From the NCBI GenBank assembly GCA_963814585.1, contig CAWFDF010000004.1, forward strand, positions 480,001 through 544,000: a stretch of DNA of 64,000 bases. Reading direction: 5' to 3'. The translations under genes and the position numbers were made by a program. The notes below the pieces were generated by a model. It worked only from the letters and a program-made list of their open reading frames with translations, was not told the origin of the DNA and searched no databases. How positions within the stretch are numbered: position 1 is the first letter of the stretch; every line of letters starts with the position of its first letter. Of the stretch, positions 19,552 through 30,008 are shown in pieces. The stretch comes from an uncultured delta proteobacterium. GTDB taxonomy: Bacteria > Myxococcota > Myxococcia > Myxococcales > Anaeromyxobacteraceae.

Positions 19552-21297
19552 CTACTCGACGGCTGGTCTGGGCGGTGGGCTTCCGGTCGGGGCGCCTCCC
19601 GGGCCCCCGGCGCCACCTCCACCGCGGCGGCGGCGGCGGCGGCCCCCGCGGCGGCGGCTGGAGCGGCCGGCCGCCTCGGCGGTGCCCGGCTCGCCCGGAC
19701 CGGCGTCGACGATGGTGATGGCGCCCTCGCCTCCGGCCGGGACCGCCTCGGACCGGTCACGCTCGGCGCTGGCCGGCGCGACCGTCACGGTCCGGATCCT
19801 GCCCGCCGGGCCGGCGTGGCCCGGGCGCTGGGCACGGTCTCCGCGGTCCCCACGGTGGCTCTGGCCTCCGCGGTGGCCGCGATCGCGGCCGCCCCGATGG
19901 CCGTGGTCGCCCCCCTGGCCTCGCTCGCGCCCGCCCGGCGCGGGCGGCGGGGGCGGCTGGCGGGCCGCCTCGGCGCTCCAGTGGTGGTAGACGTCGACGC
20001 CGGCGCCGGTGGCCTCGACGGTGATGCGGAGCAGCTGGAGGGCGTCGGCGAAGTAGGGCTGGCCGGCCAGGCCCCGGCCGCGCCGGCGGCGGCGCCCCTG
20101 GGGGCGCGGCTCGAAGAAGATCGACTGTGCGTGAAGGGCGAGCCGGATGCGCTCGGCCACCTTGCGCGGCAGGCGCGAGGTCCGGACCAGCTCCTCGAGC
20201 AGCGCCTCCGCGGCCGGCGAGGCCCGCAGGCCCGGCGCCGCGCCCTCGCCCTCGGCGGCCCCCTCCTCGGGCAGGTCGTCCTCCCCGCCCCGGGACGGAG
20301 GTGCCGCGCCGAGGTGGACCAGCAGGGTGCCCAGCAGCACCGCCTCGGAGACCACCTCGCCGGACCGGACCAGCCGGTCCAGGGCGCCGAGGTGGGCGAC
20401 GAAGTTCCTGCGCTGGGCCTCGTCCCATCCCTCGTGGGCGGCGCTGAGCGCCGGCAGGATCATGGGGAGGGCCCCGCAGGCCCGCAGCAGCGCGAAGGCC
20501 CGGGCCGCGCCGCCGCAGCGGAGCAGCTTGAAGATCTCCTCCAGCACCCGGGCCGGGGCGCAGCGGGCCAGCTCGCCGGCGTGGCGGCGCATGGCCTCGA
20601 AGGTGTCCGGGGCGATGGCGAAGCCGAGCCGGGCGGCGAAGCGGACGGCGCGGAGCGCGCGCACCGGGTCCTCGCGCATGCGCACCTCGGGGTCGCCGAT
20701 GGTGGCCATGCGGCGGGCCTCGAGGTCGGCCCGGCCGCCCACGTAGTCGATGACCTCGCCGGTGGCCGGGTCGTAGAAGAGGCCGTTGACGGTGAAGTCG
20801 CGCCGGACGGCGTCCTCCTCGGCGGTGCCGAAGACGTTGTCGCGGGTGATGAGCAGGTCGCTCTCCTCCCCGGTGTCCTCGGCCACGTCGGTCGGGTTCT
20901 TCCGGAAGGTGGCGACCTCGATCACCTTGCCGTCGCGGAAGTAGACGTGGGCCAGCCTGAAGCGCCGGCCGATCAGCCGGCAGTTGCGGAAGATGGCCCG
21001 CACCTCGCCCGGGTGGGCGTCGGTGGCGAGGTCGAAGTCCTTGGGCTTGTGGTCGAGCAGCAGGTCGCGGACGCAGCCGCCCACGAAGTAGGCCTTGTGG
21101 CCCATGTGCCGCAGCCGGTAGACGACGCGCAGGGCGTCCTGGTCGAGCCGGTCGACCGGGATCTCCGGGTCGTGGGCCGGCGTCGGGATGGGGGGGTCGA
21201 GCGCGAGGCCGGCGGGCGGCGCTCCGCGGGAGGCGTCGTCGTGCTCTTCGTGCTGGCGGGGGGGGCGCTGCGAGGTGCTGCGGTTCGATTCGTTCAT
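19552..21297 (-). CDS. pcnB: Poly(A) polymerase I with a long R/G-rich C-terminal tail
   Basis: VGGCVRDLLL...PKDFD, PAP-diagnostic LIGRRFRLAHV, EVATFR, DAVRRDFTVNGL, EDPVRALRAVRF. Confidence 0.92.
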   Translation of the reverse strand: MNESNRSTSQRPPRQHEEHDDASRGAPPAGLALDPPIPTPAHDPEIPVDRLDQDALRVVYRLRHMGHKAYFVGGCVRDLLLDHKPKDFDLATDAHPGEVRAIFRNCRLIGRRFRLAHVYFRDGKVIEVATFRKNPTDVAEDTGEESDLLITRDNVFGTAEEDAVRRDFTVNGLFYDPATGEVIDYVGGRADLEARRMATIGDPEVRMREDPVRALRAVRFAARLGFAIAPDTFEAMRRHAGELARCAPARVLEEIFKLLRCGGAARAFALLRACGALPMILPALSAAHEGWDEAQRRNFVAHLGALDRLVRSGEVVSEAVLLGTLLVHLGAAPPSRGGEDDLPEEGAAEGEGAAPGLRASPAAEALLEELVRTSRLPRKVAERIRLALHAQSIFFEPRPQGRRRRRGRGLAGQPYFADALQLLRITVEATGAGVDVYHHWSAEAARQPPPPPAPGGRERGQGGDHGHRGGRDRGHRGGQSHRGDRGDRAQRPGHAGPAGRIRTVTVAPASAERDRSEAVPAGGEGAITIVDAGPGEPGTAEAAGRSSRRRGGRRRRRRGGGGAGGPGGAPTGSPPPRPAVE

Positions 21298-21385
21298 GCA
21301 TGCGCCGGATCCGGGGGGCGCCCGCGCCGTGGGAGATCCACTGGCCGGAACGCACCGACACCGTCGGGCTCGTTCTCCGAGCGAG

Positions 21386-21414
21386 GTCTTACCGGGTGCC
21401 TCGCTGTGAGTCAA
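21386..21414 (-). promoter_or_regulatory. Sigma70-type promoter of pcnB (TTGACT-N17-TAAGAC)
   Basis: Near-consensus -35 and 17-nt spacer upstream of pcnB. Confidence 0.5.
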
Positions 21415-21489
21415 TCGCTCGGCCGCCCCGGCGCCCCGTGGGCGGCCGCCGTCGGCCGGGCGCGGCCGTCCAGGCGGCGGTCGCCAGGA

Positions 21490-22323
21490 TCATCGTGGTG
21501 CCTCCGGGTCGAACAGCGCCCGCTGCACGGGACGCTCGCCCAGCGCCTCCCGGACCGGCGCGAAGCTGCGCCGGTGGAGCGGGCACGGGCCGAGCCGGCG
21601 AAGCGCCTCCAGGTGCTCGGGCGCGCCGTACCCCTTGTGCCGGGCGAAGCCGTAGCCCGGGAAGCGCGCCTCGGCCTCCACCATCATGGCGTCCCGGGTG
21701 GTCTTGGCGATGACGCTGGCCGCGGCGATGGAGAGGCTCCTGGCGTCGCCCTTCACGATCCCCTGCTGCGGCCAGGCCACGCCGGGGACCCGGCGCGCGT
21801 CCACCAGCAGGTGCTGGGGCGCCGGCGACAGGCGCTCGACGGCGCGGCGCATGGCCAGCAGGCCGGCCTGGTAGACGTTGAGCGCGTCGACCTCCAGGTG
21901 CGTGGCGAGGCCCACGCCCCAGGCCAGCGCGCCGGCCTTGACCTCGGCGGCCAGCCGGTCGCGGGCGGACTCGTCGAGCTGCTTCGAGTCGTCCAGGCCG
22001 CGGGGGCGCAGGCTCCGCGGGAGGATCACCGCGGCCGCCACCACCGGTCCGGCCAGCGGCCCCACCCCGGCCTCGTCGACCCCGGCGATCCGCTCCACGC
22101 CCGCCTCCCAGAGCGGCGTCTCGAACTCGAGCAGCCGGCGCAGCCGCTGCCCCTCGGCCCGGCTGGCGGCGCGGGTCCGCGCCACGGCGGCCAGCACCGC
22201 ACGGGCTCCGGCCCGGGGGTCGGCGGCCAGCGCCGCGGCGTCGGCGTCGCCCAGCGGCTCGCCCCGGGTCAGGAAGCGATCGCGAAGCTCGGCGACGGAG
22301 CAGGCGGCGGGGTCGAGCGGCAT
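21490..22323 (-). CDS. rnhB: Ribonuclease HII
   Basis: [57 protein letters not shown]. Confidence 0.95.
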   Translation of the reverse strand: MPLDPAACSVAELRDRFLTRGEPLGDADAAALAADPRAGARAVLAAVARTRAASRAEGQRLRRLLEFETPLWEAGVERIAGVDEAGVGPLAGPVVAAAVILPRSLRPRGLDDSKQLDESARDRLAAEVKAGALAWGVGLATHLEVDALNVYQAGLLAMRRAVERLSPAPQHLLVDARRVPGVAWPQQGIVKGDARSLSIAAASVIAKTTRDAMMVEAEARFPGYGFARHKGYGAPEHLEALRRLGPCPLHRRSFAPVREALGERPVQRALFDPEAPR

Positions 22324-22406
22324 GCGACCGGATGGTAGCACCGCGGCCAGGTCCCGCCGGGCCCTGCGGGTCCTGGCCCGTCCCGACGCGCCGCCGCGGG
22401 CGATTC

Positions 22407-24713
22407 TCAGTCCCCCGCCGGTCCCGACCCGGCCCCCTGGGACCGGCCGGCCAGCTCCGGGTGGGCCGCCAGGAGGGCGCGCACCTCGCCCAGCACCCCG
22501 CGCCGGGACCAGTGCGACAGGGCCACCTGGAGCACGGGGAGGCTGTTCGGGCGCTCGACCACCAGCGCGCGGAGCGGCTCGTCGAAGCGGCGCGTGCCGT
22601 GAAGGGCGACGCGCACCACCAGGCTGCGCGCATAGGCCTGCAAGGCCTCCTGGGGTCGGCGCAGGTCGAGGAGCGCCTGCGCCCGCTCGAACTCCCCGTA
22701 GGGCGCCGCCTGGGGGAACCTGGCGACGACCCAGGTGGCGTCCGCCAGGGCTCCCGCCGCATCACCCCAGCGCCGGCGCTGCCTGGCCAGCGCGTAGCGC
22801 GCGCTGGCGGGGTCGTGGAGCGCCGCCAGCGCCGCCTCCCAGCGCGGCAGCTCGGGGGCGCCGTGGACCGTGCCGGCGGCCACGGCGCGAGCCAGGCCGT
22901 CCAGGGTCCCGGGCCAGCGCGCCAGCGAGCGGCGCACCCGCTCGAGCGCCTCGACCGGGCGGCCTCCGGCCAGCACGCAGTCGGCGATCACCAGGTCCGG
23001 GTCGAGGGAGGCATCGGCCACGGCGCCGCGGAATCCCGCCTCGGCGGCCCGCTCGGCGAGCGGCACGGCGAGATCGCAGCGGCCCGCCGCCGCGAGCAGC
23101 ACGGCCTGGAGGTGGGCGTCGGCCGGCCGCGAGTCACCGTACGCCACCCTGGCGCGCTCGGCGGCGCGCAGGGCCAGCTCGGGCTCGTCCGAGTCGAGCC
23201 CGTAGCCCCGCCTGGAGAAGGGCAGGACGTGATCGGGGAAGGCGGCCTGCTCCTCCAGGAACAGGGCCCGCGCCTGGTCCCATCGACCGGCGCGCCGGAG
23301 GACGTCGACGGCTGACCGGGCCGGGACCGCCCGCTGACGCTCCTCGAGGCGGCGCTCGTCGCGCACGAAGCCCGGCAGGAGGAGGAGGGCCGGCAGCGCC
23401 GCCACGGCGGCCCGCGAGAGCAGCTGCCCGGCCTGCCGGCGGGCCTCCACCAGGGCGGCCACGGCCACGCCGGAAAGCAAGCACCAGGCCGGCAGGATTC
23501 CCAGGGTGTAGCGCGTCTGGACGTAGAACACCGCACCCGTGGCGGCACCCGCGAGGACCCACGCCACCACCAGCCGTGTCGGCCCGGAGCGCCGCAGGCC
23601 GAGGAGCAGGCCGGCCGCGCCGGCCAGCGTGAGCCAGTCGAGCGGCACGCTGGCGCCCCGGCTCGCCGCCAGCGGCGCGGCGGCATCCGGGACGTCGGCG
23701 TCGCTCCCTGGAGCCGCCACCAGGAAGACCAGCTTTCGCCCCAGCTGGCGAAGGAAGGCGCCGGGCTCGGCCCGGGCGAAGGCCATGGTCCGCTCGACCC
23801 AGTACCGCTCGGCCCTCGCGGCGGGGAGCGGCCCATCGCTGGCGACCTCGGCCAGGTCCCGGTAGAGCTGGTGGGCGCGGTCGGGCCTTCGGTCCGGCCG
23901 GCCCTGGTCCAGGAGCTCCACCATCTTGAGCAGGACGGGAAACGTCGGTCCCAGGCCGGTCCCTTCCGGCCGGTGGCCCTGGTGGAACACCTGCCCGGCG
24001 CTCATGGTGGCGGCCCACGGCTGGCCGGCGCGCAGCTGGAGCCACCCGGTGGGAAGGAGCGCCGCCGAGGCCAGCGCCGCCGTGAAGGCCAGCCCGTGAA
24101 GCAGGCCGGCCCGCCATCCCCGGGCGCCCCACCTCGCCCTGACGAGCCAGGCCAGGGCCAGGACCGCGAAGAGGAGCGCCGTCGGCCGCAGCGCTGCCGC
24201 CAGCCCGAGCGCACCGCCCGCCGCCAGGGCACCGGCGCGGCGCTCGGGCCGGCCGATCACCAGCGCCGCCGCCGCCGCCGTGGCGAGCACGCCGATGAGC
24301 AGGTCGGGCTCGAGGACGGCGCCGTAGACGAGCCAGGGCTGGGCCGCCGCCAGCGAGAGCGCAGCCACCCAGGCCGCCGCCCGGCCGGCCAGCCGGAGGC
24401 CGAGGCGGTGGACCAGCACGATCGTGGCGCCGCCGGCCAGCGCCTGCAGCCAGCGCAGCGCCGTCGGCCCGGCGAGCAGCGAGAGCACCAGGTAGCCAGG
24501 GCTGGCGTCGCTGGCCTCGGCAGGCGAGAGCGCGCCGCGCAGCAGCGCCTCCGCCAGGCGTGGGTACTTGGCGAAGAGCCAGTCCGGGGACAGGAGGCCC
24601 GCCGCGGTGACGTGCGCCACGGCGACGCCCAGGAGGACCAGATCGGCCGCATGGGCCCGGGCCCGTTCGAGGAGGATCGCTGGGAATCCAGGCAGGGCTG
24701 GACCGGACGTCAC
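22407..24713 (-). CDS. Multi-TM GT-C-like (ArnT/PMT family) glycosyltransferase with a C-terminal TPR-like region
   Basis: About 10 hydrophobic segments, SPGY, LRP, soluble Ala/Arg-rich helical C-terminus. GTG start supported by TGC-TACCAT 8 nt upstream. Confidence 0.6.
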   Translation of the reverse strand: MTSGPALPGFPAILLERARAHAADLVLLGVAVAHVTAAGLLSPDWLFAKYPRLAEALLRGALSPAEASDASPGYLVLSLLAGPTALRWLQALAGGATIVLVHRLGLRLAGRAAAWVAALSLAAAQPWLVYGAVLEPDLLIGVLATAAAAALVIGRPERRAGALAAGGALGLAAALRPTALLFAVLALAWLVRARWGARGWRAGLLHGLAFTAALASAALLPTGWLQLRAGQPWAATMSAGQVFHQGHRPEGTGLGPTFPVLLKMVELLDQGRPDRRPDRAHQLYRDLAEVASDGPLPAARAERYWVERTMAFARAEPGAFLRQLGRKLVFLVAAPGSDADVPDAAAPLAASRGASVPLDWLTLAGAAGLLLGLRRSGPTRLVVAWVLAGAATGAVFYVQTRYTLGILPAWCLLSGVAVAALVEARRQAGQLLSRAAVAALPALLLLPGFVRDERRLEERQRAVPARSAVDVLRRAGRWDQARALFLEEQAAFPDHVLPFSRRGYGLDSDEPELALRAAERARVAYGDSRPADAHLQAVLLAAAGRCDLAVPLAERAAEAGFRGAVADASLDPDLVIADCVLAGGRPVEALERVRRSLARWPGTLDGLARAVAAGTVHGAPELPRWEAALAALHDPASARYALARQRRRWGDAAGALADATWVVARFPQAAPYGEFERAQALLDLRRPQEALQAYARSLVVRVALHGTRRFDEPLRALVVERPNSLPVLQVALSHWSRRGVLGEVRALLAAHPELAGRSQGAGSGPAGD

Positions 24714-24788
24714 GCGGGCGGATGGTAGCACCTCGTCCGCCCCGGAATGCCACCGGGGCACCCCGCGTCCTCCCCGGCGTCGGCCCGG

Positions 24789-25619
24789 CTACCGCTGGCA
24801 ACGCCGACAGAAGTAGCTGGAGCGCTGCGCCTGGACCAGCCGCTCCACGGCGCCGCCGCAGCCCCGGTGGCGGCAGCGCCCGCCCTCCCGCCCGTAGACG
24901 TGGAACGGGTTCTCGCCCCCCTCCTCCAGGTACTCGATCTCGGGCACGTCGAGCCCGGCCAGGCCGAAGCGGAGCGAGGCGCGGACGGACCGCGCCAGCC
25001 GGGCCACCTCGGCCGCCGTGAGCGAGTCGCCGCGCCGCCGCGGGTCGAGCCGGGCCCGCCAGCAGGCCTCCGAGGCGTGGATGTTGCCGACGCCGGCCAG
25101 CAGCGACTGGTCGAGCAGCGCCACCTTGACCGCGCGTCGGGTGGCGCCGAGGCGGGTCGCCAGCCGCTCCAGGTCGATGTGGGCGGCCAGCGGATCGGGC
25201 CCGAGCGCCGCCAGCTGCGGCCAGGCGTCGAACCGCGCCCCTGGCACCAGGCGCAGCCGGCCGAACTTCCGCGGGTCCACGTAGTGGACCGCCGCGTCGT
25301 CGTCGAGCCGGAGCGTGAGCCGGACGTGGCCCGGCAGCGGGGCCCCGGCGTCCCGCCGCAGCCACTTGCCGGTCATGCCGAGGTGGGCGTTGACGCCGAG
25401 CGGGCCGCGCGGCGTCGTGAGCGTCAGCAGCAGCTGCTTGCCGTGGCGGGCCACGGCCTCCACCCGGGCGCCGCGCAGGGCGCGAGCGAAGGCGGGCGGG
25501 CTCCCCGGCCGGAAGAGCCGGCGGTCGCGTGGATCGCAGGCCGCCGCCACCACCCGGCGACCGACCAGCCAGCGGCGCAGCTGGCGGGCCGCCCATTCGA
25601 CCTCGGGCAGCTCGGGCAC
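24789..25619 (-). CDS. mutM: Formamidopyrimidine-DNA glycosylase
   Basis: MPELPEVE, RHGK, HLGMTG, DPRKFG, LLDQSLLAGVGNI, C-terminal Zn finger ending FCRRCQ. Confidence 0.93.
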   Translation of the reverse strand: MPELPEVEWAARQLRRWLVGRRVVAAACDPRDRRLFRPGSPPAFARALRGARVEAVARHGKQLLLTLTTPRGPLGVNAHLGMTGKWLRRDAGAPLPGHVRLTLRLDDDAAVHYVDPRKFGRLRLVPGARFDAWPQLAALGPDPLAAHIDLERLATRLGATRRAVKVALLDQSLLAGVGNIHASEACWRARLDPRRRGDSLTAAEVARLARSVRASLRFGLAGLDVPEIEYLEEGGENPFHVYGREGGRCRHRGCGGAVERLVQAQRSSYFCRRCQR

Positions 25620-25639
25620 CTAGTGCCTCGCCCCAGGCA

Positions 25640-27301
25640 CTAGTCCCTCCGCCGCGTGAAGGCGGCCATGAAGAACCCGTCGGTGCCGTGCCGGTGGGGC
25701 AGGAGCTGCAGGGTGTGGCCGGTGACACCCAGCGCGACGGCCCGCTCCGCCCCCAGCAGCGGCGCCAGCGGCGCCGGGTCGAAGGGGAGCGTGGCGGCGA
25801 GGTGCTCGGCCACGCCCTGGTTCTCGGTCCGACCGATGGCGCAGGTGGCGTAGACCAGCCGCCCGCCCGGCTTCACCAGCCTCGAGAAGCGGGCCACCAG
25901 CGCCTTCTGCAGCGCGGCGAACCTCTCCGGGTCGCCGGGTGCGAGCCGCCAGCGGGCGTCCGGCTTGCGCCGCAGCGTCCCCAGCCCGCTGCACGGGGCG
26001 TCGACGAGGACCACGTCGGCCCGGCCGGCGAGATCCTCGAGCTGGGCGTCGGCCGCCTCGTCGGCGGCGACGGCCCGCACCCGCAGGTTGTCGACCCCGT
26101 CGCGCCGGGCCCGGCGCCGCGCCTCGTCGAGCCGCCCGGCGTCGGAGTCGAGCGCCCAGAGCGTCCCGCGGTTGCGCATCTCGGCGGCCAGCGCCAGCGC
26201 CTTGCCCCCCGCGCCGGCGCAGGCGTCCACCACCGTCCAGCCGGAGCGGGCCCCGCAGCAGAGGGCGATGAGCTGCGAGCCCTCGTCCTGGATCTCGAAG
26301 CGGCCGGCCTTGAAGCTGGGGAGCGCGAAGGCGTTCTGGTGGCCGTCGAGCGTCAGTCCCCAGGGGCTGAAGCGGGTGGGCGTGGCCTGCGTCCCCTCCG
26401 CCGCCAGCGCCGCCTGCAGCGCCTCGCGCGTGCCGCGCAGCAGGTTGGCGCGGACCGTGAGCGGCGCCCGCTGGTTGAGCACGCCCACCAGCGCGACCGC
26501 CTCGGCCTCGCCCAGCTCCTCGATGAAGCGGCGGGCCAGCCAGAAGGGCAGCGAGCCGCGCAGGGCCAGCCGCTCGACGGGATTGGCCAGCGCGCCGAGC
26601 CGGGCATCGCCCTCGCCGAGCCTGCGCAGCGAGGCGGCCGGGACCGCCAGCCGCCGGGCCGCCTCGTCCAGGCCCGCGCCGCCGAAGCGGACCAGCCAGG
26701 CCGCGTACCGGGTGGCGAGGGTGGGGAGCGCGCCGCCGGGGACGGCCAGCAGCCAGTCGAGCTGCCCCTGCCAGCGGGTGATGCCGTAGACGGCCTCGGC
26801 GACGGTTCGCCGCTCGGCGGCGAAGAGCCGGGACTCCCGCAGGGCCCGCTCCAGCGCCCGGTCGGCCAGCCAGCCCTGGTCGTGGACCAGCCCGTGGACC
26901 TCCAGCACGGCGGCGTCGACCTGCTCCAGCCGGAGCGGCCGGCTGGCGGCCTCGGAGGGGCCCCGCTCGACGCGGCGAGCGCCGCCGGGACGGGCGCCGT
27001 GGAACGGCGCTCCACCGGACGACCTTCCACCGGGCCGCGCTCCGCGGGACCACGCTTCACCGGAACGGGCTCCACCGGACTTCACGCCGGCGGAAGCGGC
27101 TTCGTCGGACCGGCCTTCACCGGTATGGGCTCCGAGGTCCCGGCTCCTCGGCTTCCTTCCGTGCCCGCCCTTGCGGGCCCCCTGCCCGCGCTGCCCGCCG
27201 CGGCCGGTCGACCCGGCACGGGACGGGGCCCGGCCATGGCCCCGGCCGTGCCCCGTCCCCGACTTCACCCTGGAGCCCCCGGTCCTCTTCGCGCTGGTCA
27301 C
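25640..27301 (-). CDS. RsmB/NOP2/Sun-family RNA m5C methyltransferase with a low-complexity N-terminus
   Basis: FEIQDEGSQ, VDACAGAGGK, VLVDAPCSGLG, LVYATC, TDGFF. Confidence 0.9.
   Translation of the reverse strand: MTSAKRTGGSRVKSGTGHGRGHGRAPSRAGSTGRGGQRGQGARKGGHGRKPRSRDLGAHTGEGRSDEAASAGVKSGGARSGEAWSRGARPGGRSSGGAPFHGARPGGARRVERGPSEAASRPLRLEQVDAAVLEVHGLVHDQGWLADRALERALRESRLFAAERRTVAEAVYGITRWQGQLDWLLAVPGGALPTLATRYAAWLVRFGGAGLDEAARRLAVPAASLRRLGEGDARLGALANPVERLALRGSLPFWLARRFIEELGEAEAVALVGVLNQRAPLTVRANLLRGTREALQAALAAEGTQATPTRFSPWGLTLDGHQNAFALPSFKAGRFEIQDEGSQLIALCCGARSGWTVVDACAGAGGKALALAAEMRNRGTLWALDSDAGRLDEARRRARRDGVDNLRVRAVAADEAADAQLEDLAGRADVVLVDAPCSGLGTLRRKPDARWRLAPGDPERFAALQKALVARFSRLVKPGGRLVYATCAIGRTENQGVAEHLAATLPFDPAPLAPLLGAERAVALGVTGHTLQLLPHRHGTDGFFMAAFTRRRD
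27003..27123 (-). repeat. Degenerate 15-bp tandem repeat encoding SGGAR-like pentapeptides
   Basis: T(C/T)CACCGG recurs with about 15-nt period; protein SGGAR-SGEAW-SRGAR-PGGRS-SGGAP. Confidence 0.55.
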
Positions 27302-27310
27302 GTCCCCCTT

Positions 27311-27766
27311 CTACAGCGCCTCGAGCAGGCTGGCGACGTGGCCGGCCACCTTCACCTTCGGGATCACCTGCTCCACGCTGCCGTCGGCGCCGACGATCAC
27401 GGTGGTCCGGACGGTCCCCATGACCTTCTTGCCGTACATCACCTTCTCGCCCCAGACACCCCAGGCCTTGTGGACCTCGAGTCCCGGATCGCAGAGCAGC
27501 GGGAACGGCAGCTGGTACTTCTCGGCGAACTTCTTCTGGGCGGCCGGGGCGTCCTTGGAGATCCCCACCACCGCCACCTTCTTCCTCGTGAACGCGTCGA
27601 CTTCGTCACGGAAGTCGCAGGCCTCCTGCGTTCAACCAGGGGTCGACGCCTTGGGGTAGAAGAAGACCACCACCCGCTTCCCCTTGAATCCCGAGAGCTT
27701 CACCGGCCGGCCGTCCTGATCCGGCAGCGTGAAGTCCGGGGCCTTCCTGCCCACCTCGAGTGTCAT
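27311..27766 (-). CDS. bcp: BCP/PrxQ peroxiredoxin, selenoprotein (Sec45 encoded by UGA at 27632-27634)
   Basis: From ATG 27766 (GGGAGG RBS): [19 protein letters not shown]...[10 protein letters not shown][UGA]-TQEACDFRD...VVGISKD...FPLLCD...VRTTVIV. The UGA sits at the peroxidatic Cys of the PxxxTPGC motif and the frame continues to a 151-aa protein. Confidence 0.9.
27589..27634 (-). promoter_or_regulatory. Bacterial SECIS-like hairpin
   Basis: RNA UGAACGC-AGGAGGCCUG-CGACUUC-CGUGAC-GAAGUCG-AC-GCGUUCA: two 7-bp stems; apical loop containing GU begins 21 nt after the UGA. Confidence 0.8.
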
Positions 27767-28020
27767 GCGATGCCTCCCGCTTCCATCCTAGCGCCGCAGG
27801 CGGCCGGACGCCGCGCTCCCGCCAGCGGGGTGGCCAGTGGCGGTGGCACCGGTCGATCCTGGCCCCCGGCCGCTCGCCCCTGCGGCCGGCTGTCTGACCG
27901 AAAAGGCGAGGGGTCAAGGCGGCTTGCGGTGACACGGCCGCCGTGCTAGATCGCCGGTCCCCACTCGTCTCGTGACCTGGGGGGGCGACCCGAGGCCTGG
28001 GCGCCAGCTTCACCACTACG

Positions 28021-28112
28021 CACACGCCCCGGCAGTGCGCTCCGGTGCCCGAGTCCATGATCTCGGGCTCTTCGCGCACGGCAGCTCCGGGACGTGGTGG
28101 ACACCAACCGGA
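28021..28112 (+). ncRNA. rpsB (S2) leader-like cis-regulatory RNA
   Basis: CACAC...GTGG...AACC arrangement before rpsB with nested stems CACG-CCCCGG/CCGGG-ACGTG, GTGCGC/GCGCAC, GCCCGAG/CTCGGGC. Confidence 0.55.
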
Positions 28113-28119
28113 GAACCAC

Positions 28120-29136
28120 ATGGAAGAGACCACGCAGACCCCTGCCGTCGAAGCCCCCCCCGTCGAGGCCGCCGCCGCCGACGCCCCCGCCACCCCCGCC
28201 GCCGAGCCGACCATGGCCGCCGCCCTCACCTCGAGCGGCACGGCCATCAGCATGAAGCAGCTGCTGGAGGCCGGCGTCCACTTCGGCCACCAGACCAAGC
28301 GCTGGAACCCGAAGATGAAGCCGTACATCTTCGGCGCCCGCAACGGCATCTACATCATCGACCTGCAGAAGACGGTCGGCCTGGCCAGGAACGCGCTCCG
28401 CTTCGTCTCCGACGCGGTGGCCAAGGGCGGCTCGGTGCTCTTCGTCGGCACCAAGAAGCAGGCCCAGGACGCCGTCCGCGAGGAGGCCTCCCGCTCCGGC
28501 CAGTACTTCGTGACCAACCGCTGGCTGGGCGGCACGCTCACCAACTTCAAGACCATCCGGACCGGCATCGAGCGGCTCAAGACGCTCGAGAAGATGAAGG
28601 AGGACGGCACCTACGACCGCCTCCCCAAGAAGGAGGTCGCCTCCAACGAGCGGGAGCGCGAGAAGCTGGAGAAGAACCTGGGCGGCATCAAGGACCTGTC
28701 CCGCCTCCCGTCCGCCATCTTCGTCATCGACACCAAGAAGGAGCACATCGCGGTGCACGAGGCCAACCGGCTCGGCATCCCGGTGGTGGCGGTGGTCGAC
28801 ACCAACTGCGATCCCGAGGGGATCGACTACGTGATCCCGGGCAACGACGACGCCATCCGCTCCATCCGGCTCTTCACCGGCAAGGTCGCCGAGGCCTGCC
28901 TGGAGGGGAAGTCGCGCCACGCCCGCTGGGTGGCCGAGCACGGCGTCCAGGAGGAGCGCGGCGAGGACCGCGACGCCGCCAGCGAGCGCGGCTCGAAGGA
29001 CCGCCGTGATCGCGGAGGCCGCGGCGGCCAGCGCCGCGAGCGGCGCGATGACCGCGGCGCCGCCAGCGCCAACGTCGAGGTGCTCCGCAAGGGCGAGGTC
29101 GCCCCCGCCCCGGCCCCCGAGCCCGCGCCGGAGTAG
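28120..29136 (+). CDS. rpsB: 30S ribosomal protein S2
   Basis: [53 protein letters not shown]- and C-terminal extensions. Confidence 0.97.
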   Translation: MEETTQTPAVEAPPVEAAAADAPATPAAEPTMAAALTSSGTAISMKQLLEAGVHFGHQTKRWNPKMKPYIFGARNGIYIIDLQKTVGLARNALRFVSDAVAKGGSVLFVGTKKQAQDAVREEASRSGQYFVTNRWLGGTLTNFKTIRTGIERLKTLEKMKEDGTYDRLPKKEVASNEREREKLEKNLGGIKDLSRLPSAIFVIDTKKEHIAVHEANRLGIPVVAVVDTNCDPEGIDYVIPGNDDAIRSIRLFTGKVAEACLEGKSRHARWVAEHGVQEERGEDRDAASERGSKDRRDRGGRGGQRRERRDDRGAASANVEVLRKGEVAPAPAPEPAPE

Positions 29137-29228
29137 CCGGCCGCGCCTTCATTCGCATCGACACCCGGGGGCGGGCCGCAGCCGGCTCGCCCCCGCCGCA
29201 CATCGCATTCCCTGGGAGGATCGACGAC

Positions 29229-29888
29229 ATGGCCGAGATCACCGCCAAGATGGTGCAGGAGCTCCGCGAGAAGACCGGGGCCGGCATGATGGACTGCAAG
29301 AAGATGCTCACCGAGGCGGCCGGCGACATGGCCAGGGCCGAGGAGCTGCTGAAGCAGAAGGGGATGGCCTCCGCCGCCAAGAAGTCCGGGCGGACCGCCA
29401 CCGAGGGCGCCGTCACCTCCTACATCCACCTGGGCGGCAAGATCGGCGTCCTCCTCGAGGTCAACTGCGAGACCGACTTCGCCGCCCGCAACGAGGGCTT
29501 CCAGGCCCTGGTGAAGGACCTGGCCATGCAGGTGGCCGCCGCCTCGCCGCTCTACGTGCGGCGCGAGGAGGTCCCCGCCGAGCTGGTCCAGGTGGAGACG
29601 GAGCTCGTCAAGGCCCAGCTGCGCGAGCAGAAGAAGCCGGAGGCCATGCTGGAGAAGATCGCCGCCGGCAAGCTCGACCGGTACTTCTCCGAGGTGGTGC
29701 TGCTCGAGCAGCCCTTCGTGAAGGACGACAAGAAGAAGGTCGCCGACATCGTCGCCGAGGCGGTGGCCAAGATCGGCGAGAACATCCAGGTCCGGCGCTT
29801 CACGCGCTACGCGCTGGGCGAGGGGCTGGAGAAGAAGCAGGAGAACTACGCCGAGGAGGTCGCCAAGGCGGCCGGCGCGGTCAAGTAG
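29229..29888 (+). CDS. tsf: Elongation factor Ts (short form)
   Basis: ELREKTGAGMMDCKK, EVNCETDF, LLEQPFVKD, RRFTRYALGEG. Confidence 0.97.
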   Translation: MAEITAKMVQELREKTGAGMMDCKKMLTEAAGDMARAEELLKQKGMASAAKKSGRTATEGAVTSYIHLGGKIGVLLEVNCETDFAARNEGFQALVKDLAMQVAAASPLYVRREEVPAELVQVETELVKAQLREQKKPEAMLEKIAAGKLDRYFSEVVLLEQPFVKDDKKKVADIVAEAVAKIGENIQVRRFTRYALGEGLEKKQENYAEEVAKAAGAVK

Positions 29889-29914
29889 CCCAGCTCCCCT
29901 CCGATCCGCGGTCC

Positions 29915-29960
29915 CGACGCCCCGCCCCGCCTCCGCGCGGCGCGGGGCGTCGTCGTTTCC
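29915..29960 (+). terminator. Probable intrinsic terminator after tsf
   Basis: CGACGCCCC...GGGGCGTCG stem followed by TCGTTTCC. Confidence 0.55.
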
Positions 29961-30008
29961 CCGGCCGGTGCGGTGCGCCGGTCCAGGCGGCTACAATGCA
30001 CCCGGGGA

